From Azolla caroliniana (taxonomy: Eukaryota > Plantae > Polypodiophyta), in contig JBHGNT010000001.1 in the NCBI GenBank assembly GCA_043228905.1, forward strand, positions 744,001 to 808,000: 64,000 bases of DNA, read 5' to 3'. A model generated the notes under the pieces. That model searched no databases. It was not told where the DNA came from and worked only from the letters and a program-made list of their open reading frames with translations. The position numbers and the translations under genes were made by a program. The number at the start of each line of letters is the position of its first letter. Within the stretch, counting starts at the first letter, position 1. Positions 13,871-27,405 of the stretch are shown piece by piece.

Positions 13871-14832
13871 CGTACTTTTGGGCTTCACAATCATGATTCA
13901 TGACCATTCTGGGAATCATTGATGACTGCATAAAATTCTCCATTTCAATGGAAATCTAGAACATTGGAGTTTTAAAAAAAGGTAGACATTTGGAATGCAC
14001 AAAATAGTGTATTGGAATTCTGTAGAAAGTAGACTTTTGAGTAGTCATTATCTGTTGGTGAGCCATAAACAACACATAACATGCTACAGTACAATGTGTT
14101 AAACATTCCTTCACTCAGAGACGGTATACATCAATAAGGAGTTAAGATCATAAATTACAGTCTAATGGAAGTTATTTATTAGTTGATAACGAGTTAATAT
14201 TCCTTCCTGTCAGATTTCTTCAACTCAAATTACCATCTGTAGGGTTTAGGTTTACAATCCAAAAAAACATGTTTTTAGAAATAAAAATATGAAACACTAT
14301 CATGACATAAGAGCCAGAATCATAGCCCCTGCGAAAACCAAAAAACGGAAACACATTGACAAGAGAATCAATAAGAATCCTTCAATATATAAATCTATAC
14401 ACATAAACATTTTAAAGTAATAACATAAATCTTGTGTTCCAATACTGATGATGTGTTACCTCATATTACACAGTAGCCATTGTGTTAAAAAGATATACAT
14501 TTTACATTGCCAAATCACTCATAGGTGACTGGCAATAATAATTGCTTGTGTCAAATGAATGGCCCGCAAAAACGCCTGCAAGTTTGGACTCAGTGTGCTA
14601 GAGGAGAAATACCACCAACGTAAAAGGGTGAATATACATGGAAGTTAGTCATTAGCTACTTAACTACCCTGACATATATGACAAACCAAGTTACCAACCA
14701 CAATTCAAAATGGTCTTTGCAAACATAAAGGCACAACAATGCACATGATATACCACCTTGGCGATCTTCATGTCAACAATCTTTGATGGCAAGCCTCAAT
14801 GAGTGACAATTTTAACATCGAGCATCGGGCAA

Positions 14833-17515
14833 TCAATTTCCATCGTTCTCCTTGCTACAACCCACTGCTGTTTGAGTGACCATGTTTATGTCTGCTTTCT
14901 TCTTGAATTGGTTCATTGCAGCTCTGGCATCCACTATTGAGTCATTCAATGAAGGAGTACTTGTCAGACGCTTTGAAGTACCTCCAGTTACTAAAGATTC
15001 AAGGGATCCCGGCTTCAATGATCGTGGGTCAGACACATCTGGAAGTTGGAACTTCACTGGGCTGGGCCCTCTAACTATTCTTAAACCTCTACTTGCATTA
15101 GTTGCAATCTGATACCATTAGAATAATGCACCTATTTTAGTATAAATTTCACAAGTTCACCATACACAATGTAGTAGTGATAAAATGGCATCCTTACCCT
15201 TTTCTCCAAATTGTAAACTCCTTGCCGGCCTCGCATCTCGAAAGGAACCACCAATCTCTACAAATCAAACCATGTTATGCACATATGAAATGGCTTTTGA
15301 GGCAGACACTTATTGAGCTAATTTTGCCACGATGCCACTTTCGTAATACCCCTTGAGCTATGCCTAATGATGTGCAAAAACAACTAAAATGCGAAGCTTT
15401 CAAAGAATATATGCATAACAAGTTTTTTTATCCATAATTTAGCGCACATAATAGCCAAATTGTAAAACCGACTCTACATAACATTACAACAATAATGAAT
15501 ATCAAAGCACACCTGCGGTTCTTCACAAAGCCAACAAAATTGTGTCTGAGCCTCCAGACGCACCTACGTGATGAAAAAAACCCAGAGTTAGAAAGAGGCT
15601 CATTGCAGGAGAGTGAACATAGCTAAGAAATTTTTGTGAACAGAACGACTTCATTTACCCCTTCAGGCAAATTTTCCCAACCAACAACTTCTTCTTGTTT
15701 GAGGCATCCCACCACTTTCACAGAACCTCAAAGCAATCAAAATTTCCATAATAAAATAAAGTAACAAAGTAAGTACTAAGATACAAGCAAACGAAATATG
15801 GCATGAGGTATAATGGCCATTTATTTAAGAAACACTCAAAAAATATCATAAATTTGGATTTGCCTAATGCTTTGTAAGATCTAATGTCTTGCTATCAATC
15901 ATTTTTCAGAGCCAACTTTTCTTCTTGCGTTTCCATTACGAAACTCGGTGTCTGCATCGATATATACAAAGATCGTTATTCATATATAAGAAACACTCAA
16001 GACAATAGATCTTTGTATATATGGATGACTAAAAGACAATACGATTGTAGGCACATTGACCCATGAGATGAATTATTGCATAAAGTCAAGGTTTGATTCC
16101 ATGTGAACAAGTGTTTGCACTCTATGTTCAAGAACAAAGACCACATGATAAGGGAACATCAGCATAAACAACAATAGAAACTTGAAATGTTGATTTTCTT
16201 GTTATCTCCCACAAGATTACAAAGACGAAACAATATATTCTCCCTTCTATACATTAATGAATAGAAATAATTCCCACACATATATACCTATACATATTGG
16301 CAGCTAAGATAAAAGAAAGCAAGAATACGAAGACTAAACCATTATACTCTTCCTTTCCAACAAATTAGAAATTGATACAGTAAAAAGAATTGCAAATTTA
16401 TTCATGAGAGAAGTAAGTATGAACCAACCTAATAGAACAGAAACAGGGTAATTCTGTGGAAATGTGATATCAGAGACCCCATCAATACGGTAGATTTCTC
16501 GATAAAACCTCTCCATAGCTTCCACGGTAGATGCTTCGGGGACTTTGGCAGCAGCATGAATCCACAAACGGCCCGAGAGTACTGGAAAGAAGAGGGCACA
16601 AAAGGAAAACCAAAATCAAAGAAGTCACCAAATTGAAATAACACCCCAAATTTGTTGGGCTTTTCCCTGAATACCCCTAGGTTTCCAAATTTTAAAGCAC
16701 ATCCCTAAGGTCTCAGAAATAACCACAATACCCCCATCTCAAGTAGGGAAATGTATACTCAAATAAAGGAATTCTAGGGGGTAAGTTTTGGCAGAACACC
16801 ACTCTCATGATTTGTGAGTTTCTTTTCTTGAGAAAGATTCTGGGGGTATTCTGGTGAGCGTAGGGGGGTGTAATAGTAAATCCCCAACATGTTATATTTT
16901 TCCCGATAAGAGAGAGAGAAAACGAAATCCAAATAAACAAATAAAAGAGGAATACCCCTGAATTTTTTATTATTTCTCCCAAATACCCCAAATGTTTCGC
17001 TAATTCCTCAAATGCCGATGTGAATTATACTCTCATGCAATTGTGTGTTCGAGTTGAGCAGAATATATGGTCAATTCATCATTTTTTTGCCGTTCTGTGT
17101 GATGCTTGAGCAAAATATGCGGCCAAATGTATCCCTTTCCTCTCCTTGTTGGGGAACAACGAAGGGAATTCAGCGAAATAACGAAAACCAGGGGGCATTG
17201 GAGAGAAATAAAGGAAAAATCGGGAAGTATTTCTGAGAAAAATCTAAATGTGGCTGGAAAACCAAAAAAACCAATTGAGAGGGAGAAAAAAGGTAGGAAG
17301 AAAAACCCTAAGAAAATCAGTAAAAAAACGAATACGAAGAACCTAACAGAAAAGTGATGGGTTTAGGGTTTGGGGCCAGAAAAGAACTTACTGTTGAAAG
17401 GGGCAGGCCAAGATCGTCCTTCTATCCTTTTGATGCCATGGATGAGAAGAGAAGCCCATGGCTGATGAAGGGTTAGACATGGATTCTTCTTCACCTCTTC
17501 ATTAGTTCGATTCAT
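14833..17515 (-). CDS. ASCH-domain (ASC-1 homology, PUA-like RNA-binding) protein, about 243 aa, 6 exons
   Basis: Exons 17515-17392, 16581-16429, 15726-15659, 15563-15513, 15257-15198, 15108-14833 join in frame with GT-AG introns. ASCH motifs CLTLHQPWASLLIHGIKRIEGRSW, GRLWIHAA, YPVSVLLG and PFEMRGRQGVYNL. Confidence 0.92.
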
Positions 17516-19019
17516 TGGTCTCTGTCGCGCTCTCTTCTCTCTGTGTCTCTCTCTGCCGGTCAAGATGACCGAAATCCTGACATATACTTTTTTTTTAAAA
17601 GTAAAACCAGGTTTTTGAGATTCTCACGATGCCCCTGGGAATTTCGTTTATTTATAACATATGCCCTTTTATATCTCATGATGACTTGTGTGTGTGTAGC
17701 GAGCGAGGGCTTTCTATCTATCTCTCTTTGGTTCTTGGCTTGGAGATTTTGCATTGTAACGTCTCCGAGTCATTCAAATTGGAGAGATTGCCATGAATGT
17801 CCCGTGGAAGTTAAATAGATGTTTGTTTGCCTGACTCCGTTGCCGGGAAAAAGCACTCCCCTCGACACTTATTGCCTCACCTCAATAAAACCGTCACTAG
17901 CTTTCCATGTCGTCCCACAAAGTGCCTTATACGTTCTCATTTATTTTTGTCTTCTATCTGCTTATCTCATTGGTCCAGAATAGAGAGCTTGTATACACAC
18001 AACAGTAAACCATGTTTTCAGATATATCCATGATACCCATAGATTTTCCTCCATTCCCCATGAATTCCTTTAACATCCTTTCATTTATTTCCCCGAATGC
18101 CTCTTGATCAACACAGACCATCCCCTTTCGGCAAGCCTTTCGTGTCGAAAGGACCCATGACAAGATGAATACAAGCATGTTGGGCATATCTAATGAACAT
18201 CACGGTCGGCCAAATTTTGCTAAAGCATGGAAAGTCGTGATTGTGTGTCATCCTTCCTTGATAATTGCTATGTCACCATACATTACATGTATAGCTACCA
18301 TAAAAAGAGTACAAATCAAGCGATTATATGGTCTCTTTCAAGGTTGATAATGGGAACCACAAGCTTACCTTAGTTTTCTGTTTTTCCAACTCTTCCCTTC
18401 TCCCTCTTCCTTGCGTGTTTTCTACTTTTGGAGAAGAAAATGATATTCTCCCTACATCAACGATTCACTATCACATCGAATAATGATGCTCTATTGTTGG
18501 AGTGGGCAAGAGGCCACCTAAATATGTAGGAAGTTGATAGTCTCGCACTTTAGTGGCTCAAATTAAGCTAATCTACCATATTAAGGTCTTCCATTACGTA
18601 TGTCTCTGTCACATCAACAACATTGAGAAGGTTGCTTCTATTGTTGTAGTACACAATTGACCATCTAAATTCACAAAGAAGGCACGCTATCAACACATGA
18701 AACAAGGCTAGAAGAAGTTGGTCTATGTCATTACCAATCTTGAGTGCCCACATCGTCATTCATAACAATGGGGAGGCTTGATCAACACGAGCTTTGCAAG
18801 TCAGGTTCACAGACCATTGATGTGATTTAACAAGTCGAGTTTGTTGAAACATTTGTTTTCATCATATTATCGCCAAAAGCAACAAGCAAGAATCAGGTCG
18901 GGAGATGATTAGAGACAAGAAGCAAAAGACAAAGAGACAACATGCAACAAAAGGCAAACCCGAGACTCTCTAGTTTTCAATATATATAGTTAAGAGTAAA
19001 TACAGGGCTATTTCTGTAA

Positions 19020-19096
19020 TTGTCTTCCTTTTTCTTGGAGAGAGAGAGAGAGGGAGTTTTCTTCTACTGGTGGTTGTGGCCACGATAATGGAGTGA

Positions 19097-19127
<31 letters not shown>

Positions 19128-19160
19128 GCTCAAGAAGGAAAGCCTCCTATTATAAGCCTT
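19020..19160. promoter_or_regulatory. GA/TC-repeat (GAGA/BPC-type) core promoter region with TATA-like element
   Basis: (GA)n at about 19038-19052 and (TC)n at about 19097-19124 in inverted arrangement, TATTATAA at about 19148, roughly 100 bp upstream of the ATG at 19255. Confidence 0.45.
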
Positions 19161-19254
19161 TTCAACGTGTGAAGAAATGTACTAAGAAAAAGAAGAAGAA
19201 GAGGAGCAGTGTGTAAAAGAAGAAACGACCATGGAATTGTAGCTTCAAAAAACG

Positions 19255-21089
19255 ATGGGCTGTGCTCTTTCAGCAGAGAAAGATGGAGAAGGTGAGCGTT
19301 TTCTTGTCATGACTCTTTTCTTCTTCATTTGTCTGAGGTTTTCATTTTCTCTATATATTTTTTATAATCTTTGATACATCTAAACAGACAAAACGTTGCT
19401 ACTTATGCGAAAAAGAAACAGTAAAAGAAGATCTTTTTTCTAGATCTTATGATGTCATTCATATTGTTCATAAATTATATCCTTTTTGTTTTGATAAAAT
19501 TTTAATTTTTTTCATAACATTTAGTGGGTAAACAATCACCTGTATATACACTACTTGCTTATTGATCACATCAAACGATTCAAAACTCATAATTTTCTTT
19601 TAATGAATCAAGTGATGCAACGAAAAGCTAGGTTTATGTATTTTGGGTAATTACTTTTGAATAACAATACAAATGTATGCTGGTAATCTTCAAAAAGAAA
19701 AGAAAAACACAGGGGCATTATGGTATTTTTGAAAAACTCATCAGGGTTACAATTGGGCAATATTAAGGAACTTCATAAATACAACACAACAGATTTGGGA
19801 ATGTAAGACTTACACCAAGAAGCCATAAATGTTGTCAAACCAAAGAAAAATTATATACAATAAGGCACATTCTGATGATTTATATGCATCCTACGTTGTA
19901 CTACTGGCCTTTTCTGCTCATTGTCTCTGTGCTCTTTTGGAGAACTTCGTTCTAGGGAAAATGCCAGTAGTTATTCTAGATGAACAGAAAAGGTAGTAAA
20001 AAACGGGGCACCCTTTGAAGGAAAATGCCACAAGCTATTCTAGATGAACAAAAATTAGTGAAATGGGGCAAATTGATGTTTGAAATTAAGAAAGAAAAAT
20101 ATATCAGTGCTTTTTATGGAGTTTTAAGATATGATGTAAATGTTTTGATTGGTATAAACTCAACAAAAAAAAAGTTCAGTGTGTGTGTATACCTTGGATC
20201 TAATAGTATGTAATGGTAATTCTTTGTCTTCAACAAACCTGTTTTCCTGAACAGGTACATATGCCCGAAAAACCGTGTTTTGTGTTCTCTGATATACAAG
20301 GATGAGGAGAGAGAAAAGTGATGTTTGTGTTATTTTAAGATAAAGCACATTAGCAGACATTATTGTTTTCATCTTCTATGTGTATAACTGTTAATTGAAC
20401 CTTTTTTTTATTACTAGGTGTTACAAAACAATTGAAGCAACCAAAGCCATGGAAACATCCCGAGACCATCACTCGAACGCAACTGAAGCAGATGCGTGAT
20501 GAGTTCTGGGATACAGCTCCTCACTATGGAGGAAAGAAAGGTGAGAGTATTGCATAGCTTTAAGGAAATTTTCTGTTTTTTTGAAAGAAAGCCTATGAAT
20601 GATATTAGATTGAGAATTTTTTTAAAGTAAAGCATAATTTGGAATCAAGACGAGTTAATGATATAGATTGAGAAGTTTTTATGAATCATTTGTTGATTTT
20701 CTCTTGCTACCTACATATATGAAGAAGAAGATCAGGATGGAGAATTTTGTTAAATTTTTTTCTTTTTTAGAGATCTGGGATGCTCTTCATGCAGCCTCGG
20801 AAGCTGAATTTGGTTTTGCTCAGGCTATTGTAGAGAGTGCAGGCATCATAGTCATAACTGAAGACATGTCTGTGTGCTATGATGAGAGAGGTACGGAAAA
20901 ATAACAAGTTCTCGCATTTTAACCAGTGACATCTACTAATTCGGACTTGCGTGTTGTGCCTCAAAATCTTGAAAATGACCAAATATAGTTTTACATATCT
21001 TCTAGTTTTTATTTATTTATTCAGGTGCCAAGTATGAGTTACCAAAATATGTGTTAAGTGAGCCGATCAATCTTATTGAAGATGATTGA
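19255..21089 (+). CDS. Small ubiquitin-domain-containing protein family member (UBTD/DC-UbP N-terminal domain), about 114 aa, 4 exons
   Basis: Exons 19255-19291, 20418-20540, 20771-20890, 21025-21089 give MGCALS...KPWKH...[25 protein letters not shown]...CYDERGAKYELPKYVLSEPINL. The MGC start suggests N-myristoylation/S-acylation. Confidence 0.92.
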
Positions 21090-22171
21090 TTAATCACACA
21101 ACGAGCATTTTACGGAAACATGAATCACTTGATAACCGACTGTGCTCAGCATATGCATATCAATTCAACACAGCCATACTCTGAAATCATAAATATATGG
21201 TCCGTTTACTCACTAAATAACATTCTAATCATATTAGTAAAAAATATATATTATATTTCATAGGCCAATTCATTATACACTAAACTAAGGCATCGTGACC
21301 TTAATCACCCACTCAATTGTAAACACACTCATTCTTTTGTGGAAGGTTCAATGGAAATATAGAGTTTGCTCTTCAGTGAAATGAACCTCTTACTTATTAA
21401 TTCAGATGGTGAAAGCATATATCTTATGGTTTCACATTCAGCTCTTTAAGGATTGATTTAGGACTGAAATGGGGCATTTCAAAGATAACAAATCTTCATG
21501 ATGATGTTCATCTATACTCACATGCTAGAGTTTTCCCTCTGTATGATGAAGGAAGATAGCAATGTATTTGGCAGTGTGATTACATCACCCTATTCAATTA
21601 CTTTTACAAAGAAGTGTGATATATTGTTGAATCACCATTGTGCTCATCCGTGAAGATTCATTATAATCAATCTTAATGATTGTAGTTATAATCTAGAAAT
21701 AGTGAAAGGAATTGATCGAAAAACTAAGATTAACGATGACAAACTATAGAATTCATGACATCATATATAATAAATCTTGTTATTGTAACCCATAATTGAT
21801 TATTCAACCAAGAACTCATTAGACATGCTCCAGAATTTACAATCCATGGTTAAATCCAAAAAAACACAATTTGTAAACTAAAATCCTTTGTACTTGCTGC
21901 AATATTTCTTTTCCCTATTGTTCTCTCCTTTTAAATCAGGTCAATCCAACCAAGTTTCATGATGAATTGTTGAAATACAACACTGTTTTTAGTTTCAAGG
22001 AAATGAATGTTTTGGAGCTTCATATAAGCACGTGAATTGGTCCAATGTCCATAAACGATCAAAACTTGCATATATTCTATCTTTGATCTTGCATATATTC
22101 TATCATAGAATGTATGTTTGCTCATCATATTAAATAGTTGTTCTATAACAATGTTTATGTCCAAGAATAAA

Positions 22172-22478
22172 CAGGTTAGAAGTGGCTTGGTTTGCAAAGC
22201 ATCCTCCACATTATTCATTAAGTTGTGTGGTTACCAAGTTCCAAGATGAAACAAGTTAGAAGTGGCTTGGTTTGAAAAACATCCTCCACATTCATTAAGC
22301 TGTGTGGTTACCAAAGTTCCAAGATGAAACAAGTATAGTGGCTTGGTTTGAAAAGCATCTTCTCTTCCACATTCATTAAGTTGTGGTTACCAAAGTTCCA
22401 AGATGAAACAAGTATTGTGGCTTGGTTTGAAAAGCATCTTCTCTTCTACATATTCATTAAGTTGTGTGGTTACCAAAG
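22172..22478. repeat. Tandem repeat, about 79-bp unit x4
   Basis: GTGGCTTGGTTTG..AGCATC..CACATT..CATTAAG..GTGGTTACCAA repeated four times. Confidence 0.9.
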
Positions 22479-23967
22479 AAGGAAAAGATGAGAGTTGAGA
22501 GTTGATTCAGAGAAGCTAGAGTGAAGCGAGGCATGCATACCAATACTGGCCATGAGTAGGAAGATAAGAGTTTTAAACCTATTGACAATGTGGTGGTGAT
22601 CTATGTCAATACTATAAAATCATGTAACTCAATTTATGGTTGTTTAAGAAATCATGCAAAATTAAGAAAAGCACATATCATGTATTTATCATAAATCATG
22701 TGCTACACCTAATTGATATCACGTATGTTTTGAAGAACATGTGAAGGTTATACAATCGCATGTTAATTTGAATCACACTTTGTTCTTGCTTGTTTTGGCA
22801 CTTGTTGGTTGGGCTCGCATGTTTTGTGACACAATTGGAATGGGGCATTTCTTGCTCTAGGAAATTGGGGAATCACATGATTTGGAAAAGGTGTGCAATA
22901 CCTTGACTAATGTACCTTGATGACAATCAAGTACATTGCTTAGGGTATCTCTTCCCAAACATGCTAGAAATAAATATTCCTTAAATTTTTTGAGGGTGTT
23001 AATTGATGGGTTCACATCATTAGAAATTAATAATGTGATTAAGAAGAAATAATAATAAAGGCAATACTGGAAGTGTTGAAATTCATTAGTTTAGCATATG
23101 ATGGGTGCCATTGGAACACACCTTTGTATCCTCTTCACTCTACTTCATAGTGCCTTCTTCCCAGCTTTCCTAAATGTGATTGCCTACTTGAATGGTAACA
23201 AAAGCAAGTTAGCATTTATAAAAGCCATCTACAAAAGGTTGTACAAGGCCATCTACAAAGGTCAAGGCTACTTGAGCACATTTTCATCATGAAATGCATC
23301 GTTGACTTTGATATACACATACAACTCTCAAACATTGATTTTTTGTGTAAAATAAGTGGCAATTGTCGTTCAACAATGCTAGGGCCATTCTTCTTACTTG
23401 AGGAGAGTCTAAGATAAAATGGCTTACTTAACAAGTTTTAAGCACATTAATTTTTTATAAATTGTTGGTTATTAAATGACTTTGATCAATTGTTTAATTT
23501 AATCTGTTATTATATATGCAAAAAAAAAAACTGCAAACAATTTACAACAATGCATCCTCCATCTTATGCTTTTGTAAGTATAAATTAATCATTATTTAGA
23601 TTTTTCTTTCTTAAATTTATGTTTCGAGTATATAGGAAATACATGGTAGTGAGAAGATGAAGTTGGCCAATCAAAGCAAGTCACAACAACAAGATAGGGA
23701 AATGAACAAAAAGGGGGAGGGCAATTATGACAAAGCAATAAACGTTCAAGATCATCAATACACAGTAAGATTAGATTTTACACATTTATCGACGATAAAT
23801 CTAACTACATGAAAGTTTGACAGCATATAGTAAACATCAATTAGTCGGTCAATATAACCTCTTTCCTTTGTCCACATATCAGTGTATTGATATTTGAGCA
23901 TTTGTTGTTGACAAAGACAGCGAGAGAAAAAGGTTTTATTAACTACGAGACCAATATTTTACCTATG

Positions 23968-24294
23968 TGTGGTGCACTTCAGTCCCAACTCAAAGGCGCC
24001 CCCAAAGTGAGTTGGGATGAACCCAAGGAGTCCCAAAGTGAGTTGGGACAAACCCAAGGAGCCCTAATGAAATTGGGACAGGCACTAGAAGGCACAAGCA
24101 AAGTTGGGACAAGGCCACACAGTCCCAACTTGAGCTGGGACAGTTCCAAGCAACACACAACGGCCAGTCCCAAGGAACTGTCCAACGGCCATATCTGGCC
24201 TATAAAAAGGGAACCACGTCTCATTTGGTCCTCAATTCCCTGATTTCTCATTCATTAAGAAGCTGAAGACCCCCCATACTTTAGGAGCATAACA
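23968..24294 (+). mobile_element. Solo LTR (327 bp) with 4-bp TSD
   Basis: Ends TGTGGTGC...GCATAACA, flanked by TATG on both sides (23964-23967, 24295-24298). Internal GTTGGGAC/GTCCCAA repeats and TATAAAA at 24201. Confidence 0.75.
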
Positions 24295-24717
24295 TATGAG
24301 ACCAAATAAACGGATCATCTTTTTACGTGACTCTAACCTACAAAGAGAAAGGGGAGGGGGCATTGTCGTACTGACCCTATCTTGGTGGAGATTTGAGTAT
24401 GGTGTGCGTCTCCTTCCTAAGAAAGGATATTCATACTTCAAAGCACAAAGTCTCAATGTGTGAATGAATATAAATGGAGCGCAAAAGTTAAAACAATACC
24501 TACCAATCTACCTGTGGGGTACACAACTTGTATATTAAAGAACCATAAGGTCTGAGAGGGGGGAAAATATTTCATTTTCTAACATTATTATCGAACCTTG
24601 AAAGATTCTCAACATGGTATGCATAACAGTCGTTACCAATCCTCATGTAACAATGTTGCAGATTCAGAATTAAAACCTCAAAGAAATACCATGTACTGTC
24701 ATCGTTCTTGGAGCTGT

Positions 24718-27405
24718 TCATAACTCGGCTCGAGAATCCAGGTCTGCATGGTTCTTTTGACCCCCAGCAAAGGACAGAAATGACTTTATAATTTGTACAT
24801 AAATCTTGATACCCTTTAAATATTCGTCCTTGTTGAGGAACTGCAAAAAACACAGTCAAAAAAGTCCTTTCACTGAAATGTGGATATGCATATAATTAAT
24901 GGAATTTATAAATAAATCAATATCCAAAATGTTGGTGCAACATGTAGATCATCATCCACTATCTCAATACAACTTACAGAACATCATCCATGTCTCAATG
25001 CAGGATATAGATAGATTGATATCCACATTCAATGCAGCAAATAGATTAGATCTATATCCACATCTCTTACATATTGAGAGATGGATATCCACATTTCATT
25101 TCGATGCAACAATATATAGATATATACAATATCAACAGTTTGATGCACAATATAGATAGATAAACATCAACATTAATAGATAAATATCCGCATACCTCAT
25201 TGTGGTCATGTAATAAAATAGGGGTATTGGCCATAGGAGAGAAGCCAAAGGCAGGGATGCCTTCTTCTCGGACATACCGACAATCAGTGGCAGCAGGAAA
25301 GATCTCTGGTTCACCAAGCTCTCCACCTTCATCCAATATAGCACTTTTTAGCAACTTCCACCATGGATTTGAGTCATCGGTAGCAGTCATTAGAGGAAGG
25401 CCATGCTTGCTCCTGCTTGGTTCCTTTTGTTGGAACTACAAGAGAGGAATTTGAAGTCATCTCAGTAATATACCACCACTAAGTTTAGCTATAAATCTAT
25501 TTCAAGAAAGGTTTGTTTTCTCTATTCTCTAGCTTCCATACTCCTCAGCACTTGGTCCACATGACAGTCTCCATTGGTATCATCTCCTACTTAGGACACT
25601 ATAAATGGCACTTAAGAGGAATGGATGCAAAGTGCTATTATCTCTAGAGTCATGTTGCATAATAACTTGTCTGGGACAAAATGCCAATATTTCTTTGAGA
25701 TTTCTCTGTTACACCACTAGATTATTAAAACATTTACCAGCATGTCCCCAAGGTCTTGGTAAATGTTTGAAACCAAGAGACATTGTCCATCTAGAAAATG
25801 TTGGTATTTTAGCCCATAATTTATATACTATGATGCAAAAGAAAGTAGAAACACATGACGTTACACTTGCTTGATATGTCATATTTCTGGATTTTGGTGC
25901 CCATTCCTTGTCGATTCGCTCTTGCAAAGCAACAGGATCAGCCATTGGTGGCACTCTCATATCGAATCCAGCCTCGGCTTCAGACGGTTGTAAGTTCATG
26001 ACAAATCCCTTCACAATCAAAAGCCATGTTGATAGTAAGAAACGCATGCTGAATGAACACTTAAAAATAAATAATACAAACACACTCCAAAAAAAAAGCT
26101 TTCACAAAACAAATGGGATAAGGATAGAGAGAGAGAGAGAGAGAGAGAGTTGCAAGTTTAAAAAACCAAGCTCGGTAATTTCCAAATTCAAAATTATTCC
26201 CCCATATGTGAGTCGGGTTTCAATGAAATAGAAAAAATTCTCTTTGCGTTGGGTTGCAACCTTTGTGTTCATAAGACATTTTTCTGAGGTTCTTTATCTC
26301 ATGTATTCTCTTTTGATGGTCCTTTTGAGTTAATACTTTAATGCCCTTTCACATGTAATAAAGTCTTTTACGTCAAATTTTCTCTTGGTCAATTTTTTGA
26401 GTTAGGGAATGTAGTGCATGTACATGGTAGATGTGTGCATACCAACATGTTATGCTACGTCAAAGTTTATAGAATGAATAAAACACATGAAAAACATTTA
26501 CCCAAATCAGAGACATGAATGAAAAGATTAACATTGATCCTTACCGTTGGTGTCGGTGTACCAGCCTTGAGGAAAGTCGGGTTCAACGAGACAACTTCTC
26601 CTTCTGCTGCAAGACCCGCCTTTACAAGATCAAATTGTGACTTCCGGAATCTCATAATAGATTCAATACTCAATAGGAGATTTTCAGCAGCAGTGTTATC
26701 ATATAGCTTCGAGCCATGACCAGGAGAACCCAAAGACTTAATAGTGAACCACCAAGGTGCTCTCTCACCATAGAAAACACGATATCGTGCTGATGTTGAA
26801 GAAAGCCCTTCATCAAGCACAATACCCACGTTAAGTTCCGAGAATTCTTCTGAAACTACAAATTTGGCCATCCCATCCCTTCCCCCAATCTCTTCATCAG
26901 GCACAAATGAGATATGAAGAGTTCTCAGGGGACGGAAACCGGAGGCTTGGAGCACGCGAACAGCCTCTAAGTATTGCATCCCCACACACTTCATGTCTTG
27001 GGAACCCCGTGCAAATATGTTCCCCTGAGAATCTGTGTGCGCAGAGAAAGGATGATACTCCCACTTGTCAGGCTCCGCAGGGACGACATCCATGTGCGAA
27101 TTGAGGAGGACTGAGGGCAAGGATGGGTCGAGGCCCCGCCACGTGATGAGGAGGAGAGGTTTCTTCGGTGTGAATTCTAGGGTTTTGATATGGAGGTTGG
27201 GGATGGTCCGCACAAAGGCAGAGAGGAAATCCACAGGCGGCGAATAGTCGGGGTTCGGGTGCACAGTAGGGATTTGCAGATATGCTTTAAAACGATCTAT
27301 AACCACCTTCTTTTCTTCCTCCCCAGTTCCTTGAGCTGTGAGCAGGAAAAAGGGGGCGACGACGAAGAAGAAGAAGAAGAAGAAGGGCCACCACGCCATG
27401 GCCAT
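24718..27405 (-). CDS. ACY1: Aminoacylase-1 (peptidase M20 family), about 453 aa, 4 exons, signal peptide and C-terminal RAEL
   Basis: Exons 27405-26545, 26008-25871, 25435-25196, 24840-24718. Motifs [38 protein letters not shown] and LLHDHNEFL. Confidence 0.93.

Noticed and set aside
17900-18850. Coding-like degenerate sequence between the ASCH and UBTD genes
   Set aside because: Fragmented ORFs with no identifiable family; left unannotated.
22172-22478. CRISPR-like appearance of regular repeats (also 44320-45230)
   Set aside because: Units are contiguous with no unique spacers, the context is eukaryotic, and there are no cas genes.
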